A stretch of 64,000 nt of DNA, taken from NCBI GenBank assembly GCA_026936335.1, contig JAPMXV010000059.1:62001-126000 (forward strand), read 5' to 3'. The notes beneath the pieces are model-generated. The model did not search any database. It was not told where the DNA came from and worked only from the letters and a program-made list of their open reading frames with translations. Origin of the DNA: Mantamonas sphyraenae STR306 (lineage: Eukaryota; Protista; CRuMs). Below are positions 1 to 11,884 of this stretch, one piece after another (within the stretch, counting starts at the first letter, position 1; each line of letters starts with the position of its first letter). Both the position numbers and the translations under genes were made by a program.

Positions 1-731
1 ACAGGATATTCCCCACGGGTGGCTCTGTGGCAGGGGAGCAGTACATTGAGTTGAGTGGCAGCAACTTTATCACCACACGTGTGCCCTCCATCAACGTGGA
101 TGGTCGTGCCTGCCTCTCCCCCACTGTCATTTCATCCACACTGGTGTCCTGTGTGACACCTGCTCGGAGCAGTGCCCTCAACTCGGATGCCCAGGTCGAC
201 GTCACTCTCCTTGATCCTGCCGGTCGCCTGGCTGTGGCCAACAATGCCTTTCGCTACCAGGCCACCTGGCCCCAGTTTGTCTCCATTTCCCCGGCCTCTG
301 TGGTCAACCAGGAGACTGCCACCATCACCATCACCGGCACAAACTTTACCTTTTTCATCAACAACAACGCCGCCACGGCGGCGAGCATCAAGGTGCTCCT
401 GGGCGACACGGAGGCCACGTCGGTCAATGCCACTAGTGACACCACCGTTGTGGCCACGGTGGCCCCCAAGCTGGCTGCTCTCAGTGCAGACGCAAAGGTC
501 GACGTGACCATTGTGGACTCGCAGGATCGCGCCGTAAAGGTGCCCGGCGGCTTTACCATTTCTGTGCCACCGACGCCGCCGCCGCCTGTGGAGCCACTGC
601 TGATCTTCTTTGCAGCTGTGCCCGTGGCCATGGCCGTGCTCTTTGTCTTTCTCAACCGCGTGTTTGGCGTCCTCCGAGGCGAGGAGAAGATTCCCGTGAT
701 TGTCATGGTGCGCCAGAGCACGCGTTCATGA
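1..731 (+). CDS. 3' part of an IPT/TIG-repeat single-pass membrane protein (5' end outside window)
   Basis: IPT-like repeats (IELSGSNF...VSCVTP; SISPAS...ITITGTNF), Pro-rich stalk, C-terminal hydrophobic helix, stop at 731. Confidence 0.75.
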   Translation, partial: RIFPTGGSVAGEQYIELSGSNFITTRVPSINVDGRACLSPTVISSTLVSCVTPARSSALNSDAQVDVTLLDPAGRLAVANNAFRYQATWPQFVSISPASVVNQETATITITGTNFTFFINNNAATAASIKVLLGDTEATSVNATSDTTVVATVAPKLAALSADAKVDVTIVDSQDRAVKVPGGFTISVPPTPPPPVEPLLIFFAAVPVAMAVLFVFLNRVFGVLRGEEKIPVIVMVRQSTRS

Positions 732-1080
732 GGTGGGATGCGACTGTGATTGAAATACATTGCAAGACTTGTACAGGTGTGAAGCGTATTTATTTGGGGG
801 CATGGACCCGTGTGGTTTGAGAGAGTGTGGTTAAATTTTGATTGAGATGTAAATCTCGGTATGGTGTATTGCGATGTGATTTGGAGTTGAATCAAAAATT
901 AAGTGGTGGTGGAGGGTGGACATGAGAATGGTGGTAAACGCATTCGCATGCAGTCTAGCAAAGCATATTCTGAACAGATAACTCGACACGGGGCCGCATG
1001 GCGAGAGTGTGAAGCAGGCCGGACGCCTTGACCACACTTGCAGCAGCTGCACGCCACACGAAACAACAAAATCAAGAAAC

Positions 1081-2217
1081 ATGTGGACAATGTGGCAGAT
1101 GGTGCGCATTCACTTGGTGGTGTGCATGCTGGCGGCTGTGGTGATGTTCAACTTTACGGCGAGGTGTGGGTGGACATACACGGAGGAGGAGGCGCCTGTG
1201 CGGATGCTGCTTGTGGGAGATCCTCAAATCGAAGGGAGCGACCGGCTGGAGCGGGAGGGCCTGTGGGGGATGGTTGCAATGACCCTGGACGACTGGTACA
1301 TGCGGTTTGTGAGCTGGCGGACACAGGCAGCGCTGGGACCTGCGCACGTGGTGGTTATGGGAGACGGGATGAGCAGGCAGCACCTTGCGCAGGAGGAGTT
1401 TGAGTCACGTGCGGATCGTCTGGAGTGGATGTTTGGCAAGGCAGAGGCAGGGCAGGACGAACGAGCAGTGGCGGGAGAAGGGCATGCAGTGTGGCACCTT
1501 GTGGGCAACCACGACGTGGGTTACGGCCACGAGCTCCGGGGGGAAGAGATGCGTCGGTGGGAGGGGCGTTTTGGACGTAGCAACGGGATGGTGGAACTGG
1601 ACGGCCACCGGGTGGTGTTTGTGAACGCAATGCTTGTGGACGGACGAGCAGGAGATGAAGAGGAACAGGAGGCGACGTGGGCTCACCTGCGAGCAGTGGC
1701 CAAAGCACAAGCAGAAGAGGAAAAGCCACTTGTGCTGCTGACACACATCCCTCTGTACCGTGAAGTGGGCAAGGATGGGGCGTGTGGGGAGGAGGCACAC
1801 GTGGCCATGGATGCGTTGGGACGTGTGATCCGACAGAACACCCTGAGTGCAGAGAAGAGTGCGTGGCTGCTGCAGCACCTACGCCCACGCTGGGTGCTCA
1901 GTGGACATGACCACGAAGGCTGTGTGCACACCCATCCCTTGCCCACCAAGAATGGTGGTGTTGGCATGGCTGACGTGGCTCCCACCCATGCCACCGAGAT
2001 CACCGTGCGTTCCATCATGGGCGACTACGGCGGTGGCGTCCACCTGTTTGAATTTGGTTCTGCCACACAGGCCAGTGCCCATGCACAGTGTCCCTTTGTG
2101 ACCATCCACTGGGTTGTGGGCCTCATCTGCTACGCACTCCTCATCTACTTTGACGCGGCCCTTCTTTGGGCCCTGGAAATCTTTGCCAGTGGCGGAGGCA
2201 AGCTGAAACGGGAGTAG
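1081..2217 (+). CDS. Calcineurin-like metallophosphoesterase, MPPE1/PGAP5-Ted1/Cdc1 type
   Basis: Motifs GDPQ, GD, GNHD, HIPL, SGHDH; N- and C-terminal TM segments; C-terminal KLKRE resembles an ER-retrieval signal. Confidence 0.8.
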   Translation: MWTMWQMVRIHLVVCMLAAVVMFNFTARCGWTYTEEEAPVRMLLVGDPQIEGSDRLEREGLWGMVAMTLDDWYMRFVSWRTQAALGPAHVVVMGDGMSRQHLAQEEFESRADRLEWMFGKAEAGQDERAVAGEGHAVWHLVGNHDVGYGHELRGEEMRRWEGRFGRSNGMVELDGHRVVFVNAMLVDGRAGDEEEQEATWAHLRAVAKAQAEEEKPLVLLTHIPLYREVGKDGACGEEAHVAMDALGRVIRQNTLSAEKSAWLLQHLRPRWVLSGHDHEGCVHTHPLPTKNGGVGMADVAPTHATEITVRSIMGDYGGGVHLFEFGSATQASAHAQCPFVTIHWVVGLICYALLIYFDAALLWALEIFASGGGKLKRE

Positions 2218-2362
2218 GGAGGAACGAGTACAGCCTAGGGTGAACCAAACCCAAGTGCCATCATGTTTGGGATGTGTGAGCTCACAATGCGCGGGTGCAC
2301 CAAAAACCGTTGCTCAGCTCAGCCGCTGTGTCTTGCGTTGACGATTGATTTCACCACACCGC

Positions 2363-4182
2363 ATGTCCACAACGCACGGCACAGCTGAGGCTGTACCCAG
2401 TGAAGCCGCTGGCATGGAGGAAGAGATGAGTGAAGAGGAGGTGGCTGCTGCTGAGGCTCTGGAGGCCGAGGTGAGTGAAGCCGGGTTTTCGAGCAAACTT
2501 GTGGCCGGAATGGCACTCACACACACACGTGCACACACGTATGCACACGTGGACGCATGCAGTTGATGGCTAGGATGCAGAATGCGTTTGTGTCGGAGCC
2601 GACATTGTTGAAGGGGGAGGAAAAGACGGCAGTGTTCGAAGGCAGCGAGCTGATGCCTGCGCACAGCCGTTCTGTGGCTGGAACGCTGTACATTACCAAC
2701 TACCGGGCCATCTTTTACCCTCTGAATGTGTCGTCTTATGTACGTAGGGGCATGTGGAGAGTTGCAAAGGGAGAGAGTGGGTGTGTTGTGTGTGCGTGTG
2801 GCTGACGCGTGCCGGTGTGCCTTTTTCCCCTGCTTCCTCCAGGACGACGCCAGCGACGCCGAAGTGCATCTGCCACTCACGTGTGTGTATGCAGTGAACA
2901 AGGTAAACACCCAGAACGCCATTGAGGTTGTGTCCAAGCTGGGAGAGCGCCACATGCTGCAGTTTGGCAGCCAACGACGACGGCAGCAGGTGTTTCACGC
3001 GCTGAGCACGAGTGTGCGTGAGAGCAGCGGAGAACGTATGTTTGCGTTTGTGAACCGGGAACAAGACGGATGGACGGGCTTGAGTGAGCAGGCAAGGGAA
3101 GCGTACGGGTGGGGCTTGTACGACGCAGAAGCAGAGTACGAGCGGTTGGGAGTGAGCGAGGAAGGCAGTGGGTGGCGTGTGAGCCATGCCAACGCAGAGT
3201 ATGCGCTGTGTGAAACGTATCCACGGGTGTTGGTGGTTCCCAGCAGCGTGAGCGACGAGGAACTGGAGGTGGTGGCGGGGTTTCGCAGCAAGGGGCGCCT
3301 GCCCACGTTGGTGTGGCGCCATCCGGCCAACACGGCCACGTTGTGTCGCTGCTCGCAGCCACGGGTGGGTATGAAACGCAGCCGGTGCGCAGAAGATGAA
3401 AAGCTGTTGGCGTGCATGAACGAGACGTGTGTGGGAGCGGACACGCTGCGGATTGTGGACGTGCGACCGAGGGTGAATGCAGTAGGCAACACGGTGATTG
3501 GCGCAGGGTTTGAAAGCACGTCGTTCTATCCCAACACGCAGTTGGATTTTATGGGCATTGAAAACATCCATGTGATGCGCACGTCGATGCAGAAGCTGAC
3601 GGAGGCGTGCCAGAGCCTACTGGCTACGGATGAGCCGTACAGCCACAGCACCAAGCTGAACGGGTTTCTGGGCGCGGTGGACGCGAGCAACTGGTTGGAT
3701 CACGTGCGCATGGTGCTGACGACGGCGGTGGGCATTGCCAGCAGCCTGGAGCGTGGCGAGAGTGTGTTGGTGCACTGCAGCGACGGGTGGGACCGCACGT
3801 CGCAAGTGATCGGGTTGGCTGAGCTCATGTTGGACGCAGAGTACCGCACGCTGCGTGGCTTCCTGCTGCTGATTGAAAAGGAGTGGCTGAGCTTTGGGCA
3901 CAAGTTCCAGACGCGGTGTGGTCATGGAGCACCGCCGGACGACCAGCAGTCGCCCATCTTTGTGCAATTCTTGGACTGCGTGTACCAACTGCTGGTCATG
4001 CAGCCCTGCCTGTTTGAATTCAACGAGAATCTGCTCCTGTGCATTGCGGAGCATGTGTACAGCTGCCGCTACGGCACGTTTCTGGCCAACTGCGAACGGG
4101 AGCGCGCAGAGCTGGCGAAGAGTACCACGTCGCTGTGGGCTTATGTGTACGCCATGATTGGTGTGGAGGAGGAGGAGGAGGG

Positions 4183-4226
<44 letters not shown>

Positions 4227-4458
4227 TGAAGGGACGGCCACACACGTGTTTGCCAATCCGTTCTATGAACGGGTCGCGGAACCCGTCATTCCCGACGTCA
4301 GTGCATCGGACATTCGCCTGTGGGAAGGCTTTTTCCTGCGTCACCGCACGCAGATGCTGCATGGCGACGCCATCATGCGCGGGCTGGCCATGAAGCGCGA
4401 GCTGCTTGAGCTCCGCGCGCGCGTGGCCGAGTTGGAAGGAGGTGGGTCTGGGCTGTGA
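2363..4458 (+). CDS. Myotubularin-related phosphoinositide 3-phosphatase (introns 2471-2562, 2740-2842; frame break near 4160-4225)
   Basis: PH-GRAM-like GTLYITNYR, catalytic VHCSDGWDRT, EKEWLSFGHKF, SPIFVQFLDCV; the NPFY...LW tail lies in another frame after a CAG tract. Confidence 0.9.
4185..4225 (+). repeat. (CAG/AGC)n trinucleotide tract
   Basis: About 13 uninterrupted gca units preceded by a (gga)n run. Confidence 0.95.
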
Positions 4459-4587
4459 CAAGAGAACAATGGACAGGGAAGATATCAATGCATGCAGTAA
4501 CAAGAACTGGTGGGAGGCAGCGTTGGGGAACGGATGGATGCGAAAATTCATGGGTTCATTCTCGCGTCAGGCGCTGTTGGAAAGGAT

Positions 4588-7500
4588 TTAGCAGTGCTTG
4601 AGGAAGCGGACCTTCTGCTTGCCGTCCTTGGTCTTGTAGACCTTGCGCTCGACCTTGCACTGAGCCTGGAACTCGTTGACGCAGCGGGCGTAGTTGCCGT
4701 GGTGCACGTTCTTCACCTTGGCGAAGCAGTACTTGAGGACCATGTTCTTGTTGTTGCGCCACTTGAACTTGCGCAGGAGCTGCTGGTGACGGACACGGAT
4801 CTTCTCCTTCTCCTGGCGGACGTAGCTGCGGCGGACGCGCAGGTACCACGAGTGGGCGGACATCAGATTGCGGTGCAGGCCGCGCTTGAAGCTACGGCTC
4901 TTCTGCTTCAGCTCCTTGTTGGCCTTCTTGATGACGGCGCGAGCCTTCTTGATCTGATGCTGGGCAGCCTTCTGCTTCTTCTGGTTGGCAGCCAGGACGC
5001 GCTTGCCGTGGTCGCGGCGGGCACGCACGGTGCGGGTCAGGTGGTGCATGCGGTTCCTGTAGTCGGCGCGAGCACGGGCCAGCTTGCGCAGGTACATGCG
5101 GTGCAGGTGGGCAAGGTAGGCGTGGTTGCCGGCGTTGAACCAAGTGAGGTGCTTCTTGTGCAGCTTGCGGATCACGTGCTTGTGGGCCACGTTCTTGTTG
5201 TAGTAGGCGACCTTGCGGCGGATGCACTGGAAGTAGGCGTGGTTGCTAGCCTTCTTGGCCTTGATGCACTGCTGAGCGTACTTGCGGCGCAGCGAGGCAA
5301 AGTGGACCTTGCGCAGAGCAGAGTTGGCGCGAGCCTTCCAGCCCTTCCAGTTCTTGCCCTTGCCCTTGGTGGCGGACTTGGCGCGCAGGTACCACTCGAC
5401 CTGGTCCAGGACGCAGTCGTAGTAGCGAGCACGGCCGTAGTTCAGGTGCTGCGAGCAGCGAGCCTTGATGGCCTTGGCGCGCTTGTTGTTCTTGACGCGG
5501 CGCAGAGCCTGGTGGGCCTTGGTGACCCAGCCGTGCCAGTTGTTGCGGTGGCCCTGGTGACGGCACAGACCACGCGAGCTGAGGGCGTACATGGTCGGGG
5601 CGATCACGCGGACGTCCATCCAGCGGTAGTTGCCGTGGCGGCGGCGGTAGATCTGCATCTTGGTGTGGTACGGGAGCTTGACCTGGATGTGCGACTTGCC
5701 GTGCGGGTTGATCGTGTGGATCTTGCGGTTGCCGTAGAAGACCTGGACGCCGTCGTTGAGGCCGCGGTTGCCCCACGGAGCCATGAAGGAGATGTGGGTC
5801 TTGACCGTGAGCTTCTTGTACTGGAAGAGAGTGTTCCAGCCCTGGAAGTTGTACAGGTTGTAGTTGCGGCGGTCAAAGGTGTTGTAGTGCGGGTCACCGT
5901 GGGCAAAGCACGACTTGGTGCTCATGTTGCCGAAGCGGACGGTGTCGACGACGCAGTCGTAGAACTGGGCGGCGTTGTTCTGGCGCTTCCAGTGCTGGCA
6001 CTGACCGTTGATGTAGTTGCGCAGGGTCGGGTTCATCTTGGCCATCTGCTTGTTGGCACGCTTGTACCAGACAGGCGAGTTCTGGGCGGTACCGCGGTGG
6101 ACGCACAGACCGGACGACTTGGCAGCGACACCGCGGGCGGCGTGCACGTAGACGTTCTGGTAGGGCACCTGGCAGTTGCGGCCCCAGCAGGCGTTATGGA
6201 CCTTGACGTAGCCACCCGGGATGTTGTGGCGCTCGGTGCGGCGGTTGTGGGCAAAGCGCTTGATGAGCTTGTTGCCCTTGTACAGGCGGGTCTCCTTGTT
6301 CAGACCACGGTTACCGAACGGGTTGCGCTGGTAGACCAGGGTGCGCAGGGTGTAGCCACCGTACTTCCACAGGGTCATCCAGCCGTACTTGCCGTAGATG
6401 TTGAAAGCCTTGCCGTTGAAGGTGCGGTAGTGCGGGTCACCGGTGCTGTAGCACATCTGAGAGCGGCCCATGTACTCTTCGTAGAGATCGAGGGCGCAGT
6501 CGTAGTACCAAGAACGGCCGTTGGAGCCGAACTTCTGCAGGAACTTGCCACAGTGGCTGCGGATGTGGTTCTTCTCGCCGGCGCTGAGGTAGGGGCGGGC
6601 CAGCAGGGCGTTGGTCTTGTGCACCCACGACATGTCGTTGTTGGCGTTACCGCGGTGACGGCACAGACCGGACGAGCGGTTGGCCAGCGAGGCGCTGACG
6701 GTCACACGGATGTCCAGCCAGTAGAAGCCGGCGTGCACGTGGTTGTAGCAGTCGATGGTGGCGCTCTTGTAGTTGAAGCGCTTGTGCTTGGGCTGGCCGC
6801 GGGCGGCAGTGCACAGACGGCGGCGCTGCTTGGTCTTCTCATCGTAGCCGTCGAGGGCGTAGTTGAGACCGCGGTCACGCCAGATGCGCGGGTACATGCG
6901 CACGTACGTCTTGAGCGAATAGCCGGGGAAGTTGGCCAGAGAGTACCAGCCGGTCATGCCGTACATGTTGAACGCACGACCGTCAAAGGTGTTGTAATGC
7001 GGGTCACCGTGGGCCACGCAAGTCTTCTTGGCAGCCTCGTCGGCGTCCTCGATCTCCTCGGGCTCGGCGTCCAGAGCAGCGTACGTCTCCTTCAGAGTGG
7101 CCAGATCGGTGCCTGCGTAGGCAGCGGTCTCGGACAGCATCTCTGTGTGTCGCGTGTCCGCGATGGTGGTGATGGTGCGTGTCAGCGTCTATGGGGCGGC
7201 AAGGACCCACACATTTTTTGGCCAGAGGGCGAAAAAAAAAACGCGCGGAGCCAGCCGTCACGCTTTTTTTCCTTGTGACCCCGAGACCTCCACACGCAGC
7301 AAACGCGCACACGCATACGCGTACACACATACGTGTGTGCCGACGACGTGGAGACGCCTGCGCGCAACACGTGCGTGTGCATGCGATGTCCGCATGTGCA
7401 TCTCACACTGCGCAGGCGCGTCGCGTTTGTTGCGAATCGAGGACGGGGGAGGAAGGAAAAAAAAACGCTCCTCCTTTCCGCTGCCGTTTCCGGCTGCGTT

Positions 7501-7990
7501 TGCGTGCTGCACACGAGAGTGCGCGGAACATAAACATATGCAACGGGTGCATGGGACACAGGGCAAGGCAGTCATGCTACTTACCGTCGCTCTCGGCAAC
7601 GTTCTCGGTCTCCTCGGTGGACTGGACGTCCTCCTCGCCGGCCGATTCGTACTCCAGCGGATCGTAGTTATCCATCGCAAGCTGGTCCTCCTTGAAGGGG
7701 GCCTCGGCCTCAGCCTCAACCTCACCCATCTTCTCGGGAGCCTCGACCTGCAGGTCAACCTCCGTCGGTTCCTCCTCATCTGCAATGGCACGCTCGTGTC
7801 AGCCTCGCAAAACGGTGACCAAAAATGCGTGCAACTTCGAGAAAAAAACGCTGCCAATTTCCCTCTCGGCCCAACGCCGCCGCAATCAGGGACAGCACAG
7901 TGCAAACGTACAGTCAAGTCCGACCGAGTCAAAGTCGGCAATCACGGCACCTGCCGTGATAAGCATCAGCAGAAACAAAGTCTTGATCAT
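4588..7990 (-). CDS. Secreted precursor: signal peptide, acidic pro-region, three VWD/C8-like repeats, basic helical tail (exons 7990-7912, 7779-7585, 7142-4588; ~942 aa)
   Basis: Phase-compatible introns (gtacgt..cag, gtaagt..cag); N-terminus MIKTLFLLMLITAGAVIA; three C-x3-GDPHY-x-TF motifs, each followed by GLC and YDC-x2-D; strong C/G-ending codon bias. Confidence 0.8.
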
Positions 7991-8160
7991 TTGTTTGCTC
8001 TTTTCGATGGTGCTTGAAGCGCATCGGCTCCAACTGCCTCACATGCCACCATAGAGTTGCACGTCTCTCCCCCTCCCTCTCCCTCTCCATTTCCCCGCAT
8101 TGATCTCTCTGCTGTGCCTCCCATCCCTCCAACCAACCCACACCAACTCGGCACCGACGA

Positions 8161-8751
8161 ATGTCCAACTCGCTGCTGCGTCCTGGCCGCACGGCATTTC
8201 TCTTGTGCGATGTCCAGGAACGATTCCGCAAGGTGATCCACTGCATGCCTGCAGTGATGCAAGTGTCCAATCAGCTTGTGTCAGCCTCCAACGTCCTCGA
8301 CCTGCCTGTGCTGGTCACCGAACACCTGCCCAACACCTTTGGCCCCACCGTGGCCGACATCGACCTCTCCACAAGTACCAAGACACACATTGTGTCCAAA
8401 AGCTCCTTTTCCATGTGCAACGACGACACCATGGATCTCCTGCGCTTCCACGACGACTTTGTCGACCGCGACCAGATCGTCCTCTTTGGCATCGAAGCAC
8501 ACGTCTGCGTCATGCAAACTGCCCTCGATCTCCTCCACAACGACTACACCGTCCATTTGGCCATCGATGCAACCTCTTCCCAACGCCAGTACGACCGCAC
8601 CGCCGCCTTCCAACGCCTTCAGAACGCAGGTGCCGTTCTCACCACCTCCGAGAGCCTCCTCTTTGAACTCATGCAGGACGCCACAAATCCAGCACTCAAA
8701 AAGCTCCTTCCTATGCTCAAGGAAGCACGTATCGACCCTGGCCTCATGTGA
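8161..8751 (+). CDS. Isochorismatase domain-containing protein (ISOC1/ISOC2-like)
   Basis: LLCDVQERF, VTEH-P, KSSFSM, FGIEAHVCVMQTALDL, SESLLFEL. Confidence 0.9.
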   Translation: MSNSLLRPGRTAFLLCDVQERFRKVIHCMPAVMQVSNQLVSASNVLDLPVLVTEHLPNTFGPTVADIDLSTSTKTHIVSKSSFSMCNDDTMDLLRFHDDFVDRDQIVLFGIEAHVCVMQTALDLLHNDYTVHLAIDATSSQRQYDRTAAFQRLQNAGAVLTTSESLLFELMQDATNPALKKLLPMLKEARIDPGLM

Positions 8752-8812
8752 GTGAGCGAGTGTGTGTGTGTGTGTGTGTGTCCCAGAAACACAACCTCTC
8801 CGTTCTGCCTGT

Positions 8813-9412
8813 TCATTCGTCGCTCCTCGACCACAGCCCGTCGTCTTGAGGGCGCAGGGCACGGTACTTGACCATCCTGCGTGCATCGCGTTTGGCTGCC
8901 TCTTCATCCTCGTGCTGATAGAAGGCCTGCAGGCGTGATTCGTGTCCGGTGCGCTTGGCTTCGGTGACCGCACGCCGTTGAGAGCGTCGTGCGTTGTCCT
9001 CCTGCGCCGCCACGTTGACACCCGACCCGTTTGTGGTTTGCCATCGTGTCTCTGCGTCGTTGTCTGCTGCAAACGCACTGCCATCCACGCCGCTCACCAG
9101 ACCCGTCGTGTCGGTGTACCGCTGCGTGGCAAACCGTCCTCGTCGCACACGTGCTGCCCGCACACTCGCATCCACCTCACTGCCACCCAACGCCACCTGC
9201 GACCGATTCTTTCGGCGTCGTCGTTCCATCCGTTCCACCACCGCACTTGCGGAAGACTTGGAGCTGTGGGACAACGACGATGACGACGAGGATGATGACA
9301 AGGATGATGGGTTGCCATCCAACTGCACTCCCGTCCTTCGTCCCCTGCCATGGCCATCATCCTCATTATCCTCACTGGCATTCTTTGCGTTGGCAATGCT
9401 TCCATCCTGCTG

Positions 9413-9448
<36 letters not shown>

Positions 9449-11884
9449 AGATGGGCCTGTGTGCAGCCCTGCCAGCAAACCCACCTCCTCCTTGGCAGCA
9501 AATGCGCTGACAAACTCGTTGATATCCACGTAGCCGTCGCCGTTGTAGTCCAGATAGCCAAACATCTTGGCCACGGTGCTTGCCTTGAAGCCCATCTGGC
9601 CCAGGGCGCTGTCAAACTCTCGTCTGCTGACGAATCCGTCCCCGTTGCCGTCCAGCCGACGAAACACGTGGCGTGGGTTCTTGCCCTTGCGTTCAAACTC
9701 CCTGCGTGCAAACTCCACCAACTCATCCAACTGCGGTTGTGTCTGTCGATCCACGCGCAGCTGCTCGCTCAAAGGCACCTGCGACGCCCCCTTGGGTGCC
9801 TTTGCTGCAGAGGCAACACCACCTCCACCTCCACCACCACCGGTGGTGTTGCCCGTGCCCGTGCCCGCGGCATTGGCGCTGTCCAACTCCATCCACGATG
9901 GGAACCGTGCAATGAATTCGTGGTAATCCACGTGACCGTCTGCGTTGCTGTCCATGTCCTGCATGATTGCGTGCAGGGCCTCGTCGGGGGCATGGAGGTT
10001 GAGTTCGTCAAAGGCACGCGCAAACTCGTCGGCGCTGACAAACCCATCCTTGTTGAGGTCGACCATGCGAAAGGTGCGGTACAGCTCTTTCGTGTGTTCG
10101 TCCAACCGTTGGGCAAACGCACGCAGCACCTGTGCCTGTCCACTGCGTGCCAACGCCTCGTTTCGTCGTGCCTTTTCCTCCTCCGCCGCTGCCGCCTCCG
10201 CTGGCCCACGTGTCACCGCCACCAACGCCGTCTCACGCGTGTGTCGATCGCCCGTGCGACGTGCCAGCCGCGGTGCCAGCGCACGATGCACCCGTTTGCG
10301 TTCGTAATCCTCAAACAGTCGGTCCGTGAACGCCTCCATGTCGATGCTCTCCCGTCCCGCCAGTGCATACTGGGCCACATGTTCCAATTCCCCCTCATCC
10401 ACGCCCCACTCGTGGTACCCACCCACACGCGCCAACGCCTTGGCAAACTCGTGCGCACTCATCTCCCCGGCCCCGTCCAATTGCACCCGTTGCAACGCCT
10501 GATGCTTCAAGCCACTCTGTGTGCCCAGCACCACTGCGTTCCGAAACACATCCAGAATGTTTTCGTAGCGTTGGGCCACAGACGCATCCGTCATCCACTC
10601 GGGCAGTGCATCTCTCTCCACGCCCCTGCTTGCCACCCTACCTCCACCACCACCACCACCACCACCAACGCCTCCGCCCTCACGTGCTGCTGCCTTGGAC
10701 GTTTGCAAAGCCCGCAACGATGATGACGATGATCGGTCATCCTGCTGCTGCGGTTTTCCCCCTTTCCTCTCATCTCCTGTCTCTCCTTCCGCGTCAATCC
10801 CATCCCCCGACGCCGGTGCCTGCTGTCCCCTTCCAAACATCCTCTTTCGATTCCGAGGCGACGAGTCCCTGTGCAACGATCGCTTCATCTGTTCGTCCAC
10901 AGAGACGTTGGCCAAGCCTGCCTCCTCCTGTTCCTTCTCCTCCATACGTCGTGCCTCACGCAACGCCTGTGCCTGTGCCTCACTCTGGGTGCCACTCTCT
11001 TCCAACGCCCTCGCCGTCGTCGTCTTCCACTCGCTGCCTCCTTCCCTCCCATACGCCCCAATCTCATGTTCCCACACCTGTCCCGTGTGTCCCACCGTGC
11101 CCATGGCCACCACCTGAGCCGCTGCACGCAGTCGGCTTCCCTTTGGCATCGTCTTCTTGGTCGTCCGTGTCGATGCTGCTGCTGCCGCCGCCGCTTGTTG
11201 TTGTTTCTCCTTCCTGCTTCCTCCCTCGCCCACTCCAGACCCCATGCTCATCATCATCTCCTCCACCTGCTCCAGCTGAAACTCACGTCGGTTGCTCATG
11301 CCTGTGGTGCGTCGCACGCGTGCATTCCGCGTCCCAGGTCCATCCCGTGGCTCGGGCGAAAACACGTGACGGCCTCCGCCACCGCTGCTGCTGCTGCTGA
11401 TGCCACCGCCCACAGTCGACGACGACGAACCACCCAGGTTCGGCACGCGTGTATGGCCCATGTCACGTCCATACACATCCTCCACCGACATCCTGCTCCA
11501 GTGTTGCTTGTGGCCGCCGCCACCTCCGCCACCACGGCCGTTGTGGGTGCTCCACGACGACGACGACCGTTGCCCCCCTGTGTTTCTTCCATGCCGCCCC
11601 AAGCCACCCATGCTCCTCGACAGCGACCCACCGGCCCCTCGTACGTTGCCATTGCGACTGGCACGCAATGCCTCCTGCGTAGCACGTCGTTCGTCCTCTC
11701 GCCAGCGCCCGAGACCCGCCCGAGGCAGGCTTCGGGTGAGCGATGAAGATGACGGAGAGGAGGAGGAGCCCTGAGCCTGCGACACAAGCTCACCACGATG
11801 ACGAATGGCATATGCCACCTTACGTGTATTACCTTTGGCATTGCCACCGCCCGCACCCTGCTGCTTGCCTCGTTTGCCACTCAT
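8813..11884 (-). CDS. Large low-complexity EF-hand calcium-binding protein
   Basis: Four canonical EF loops: DLNKDGFVSADEF, DSNADGHVDYHEF, DGNGDGFVSRREF, DYNGDGYVDINEF; first in-frame ATG at 11884. Confidence 0.75.

Noticed and set aside
4510-7278. 922-aa plus-strand ORF antisense to the VWD-repeat gene
   Set aside because: Val/Leu/Ala-rich with no motifs; expected shadow of strong C/G third-position bias on the coding strand
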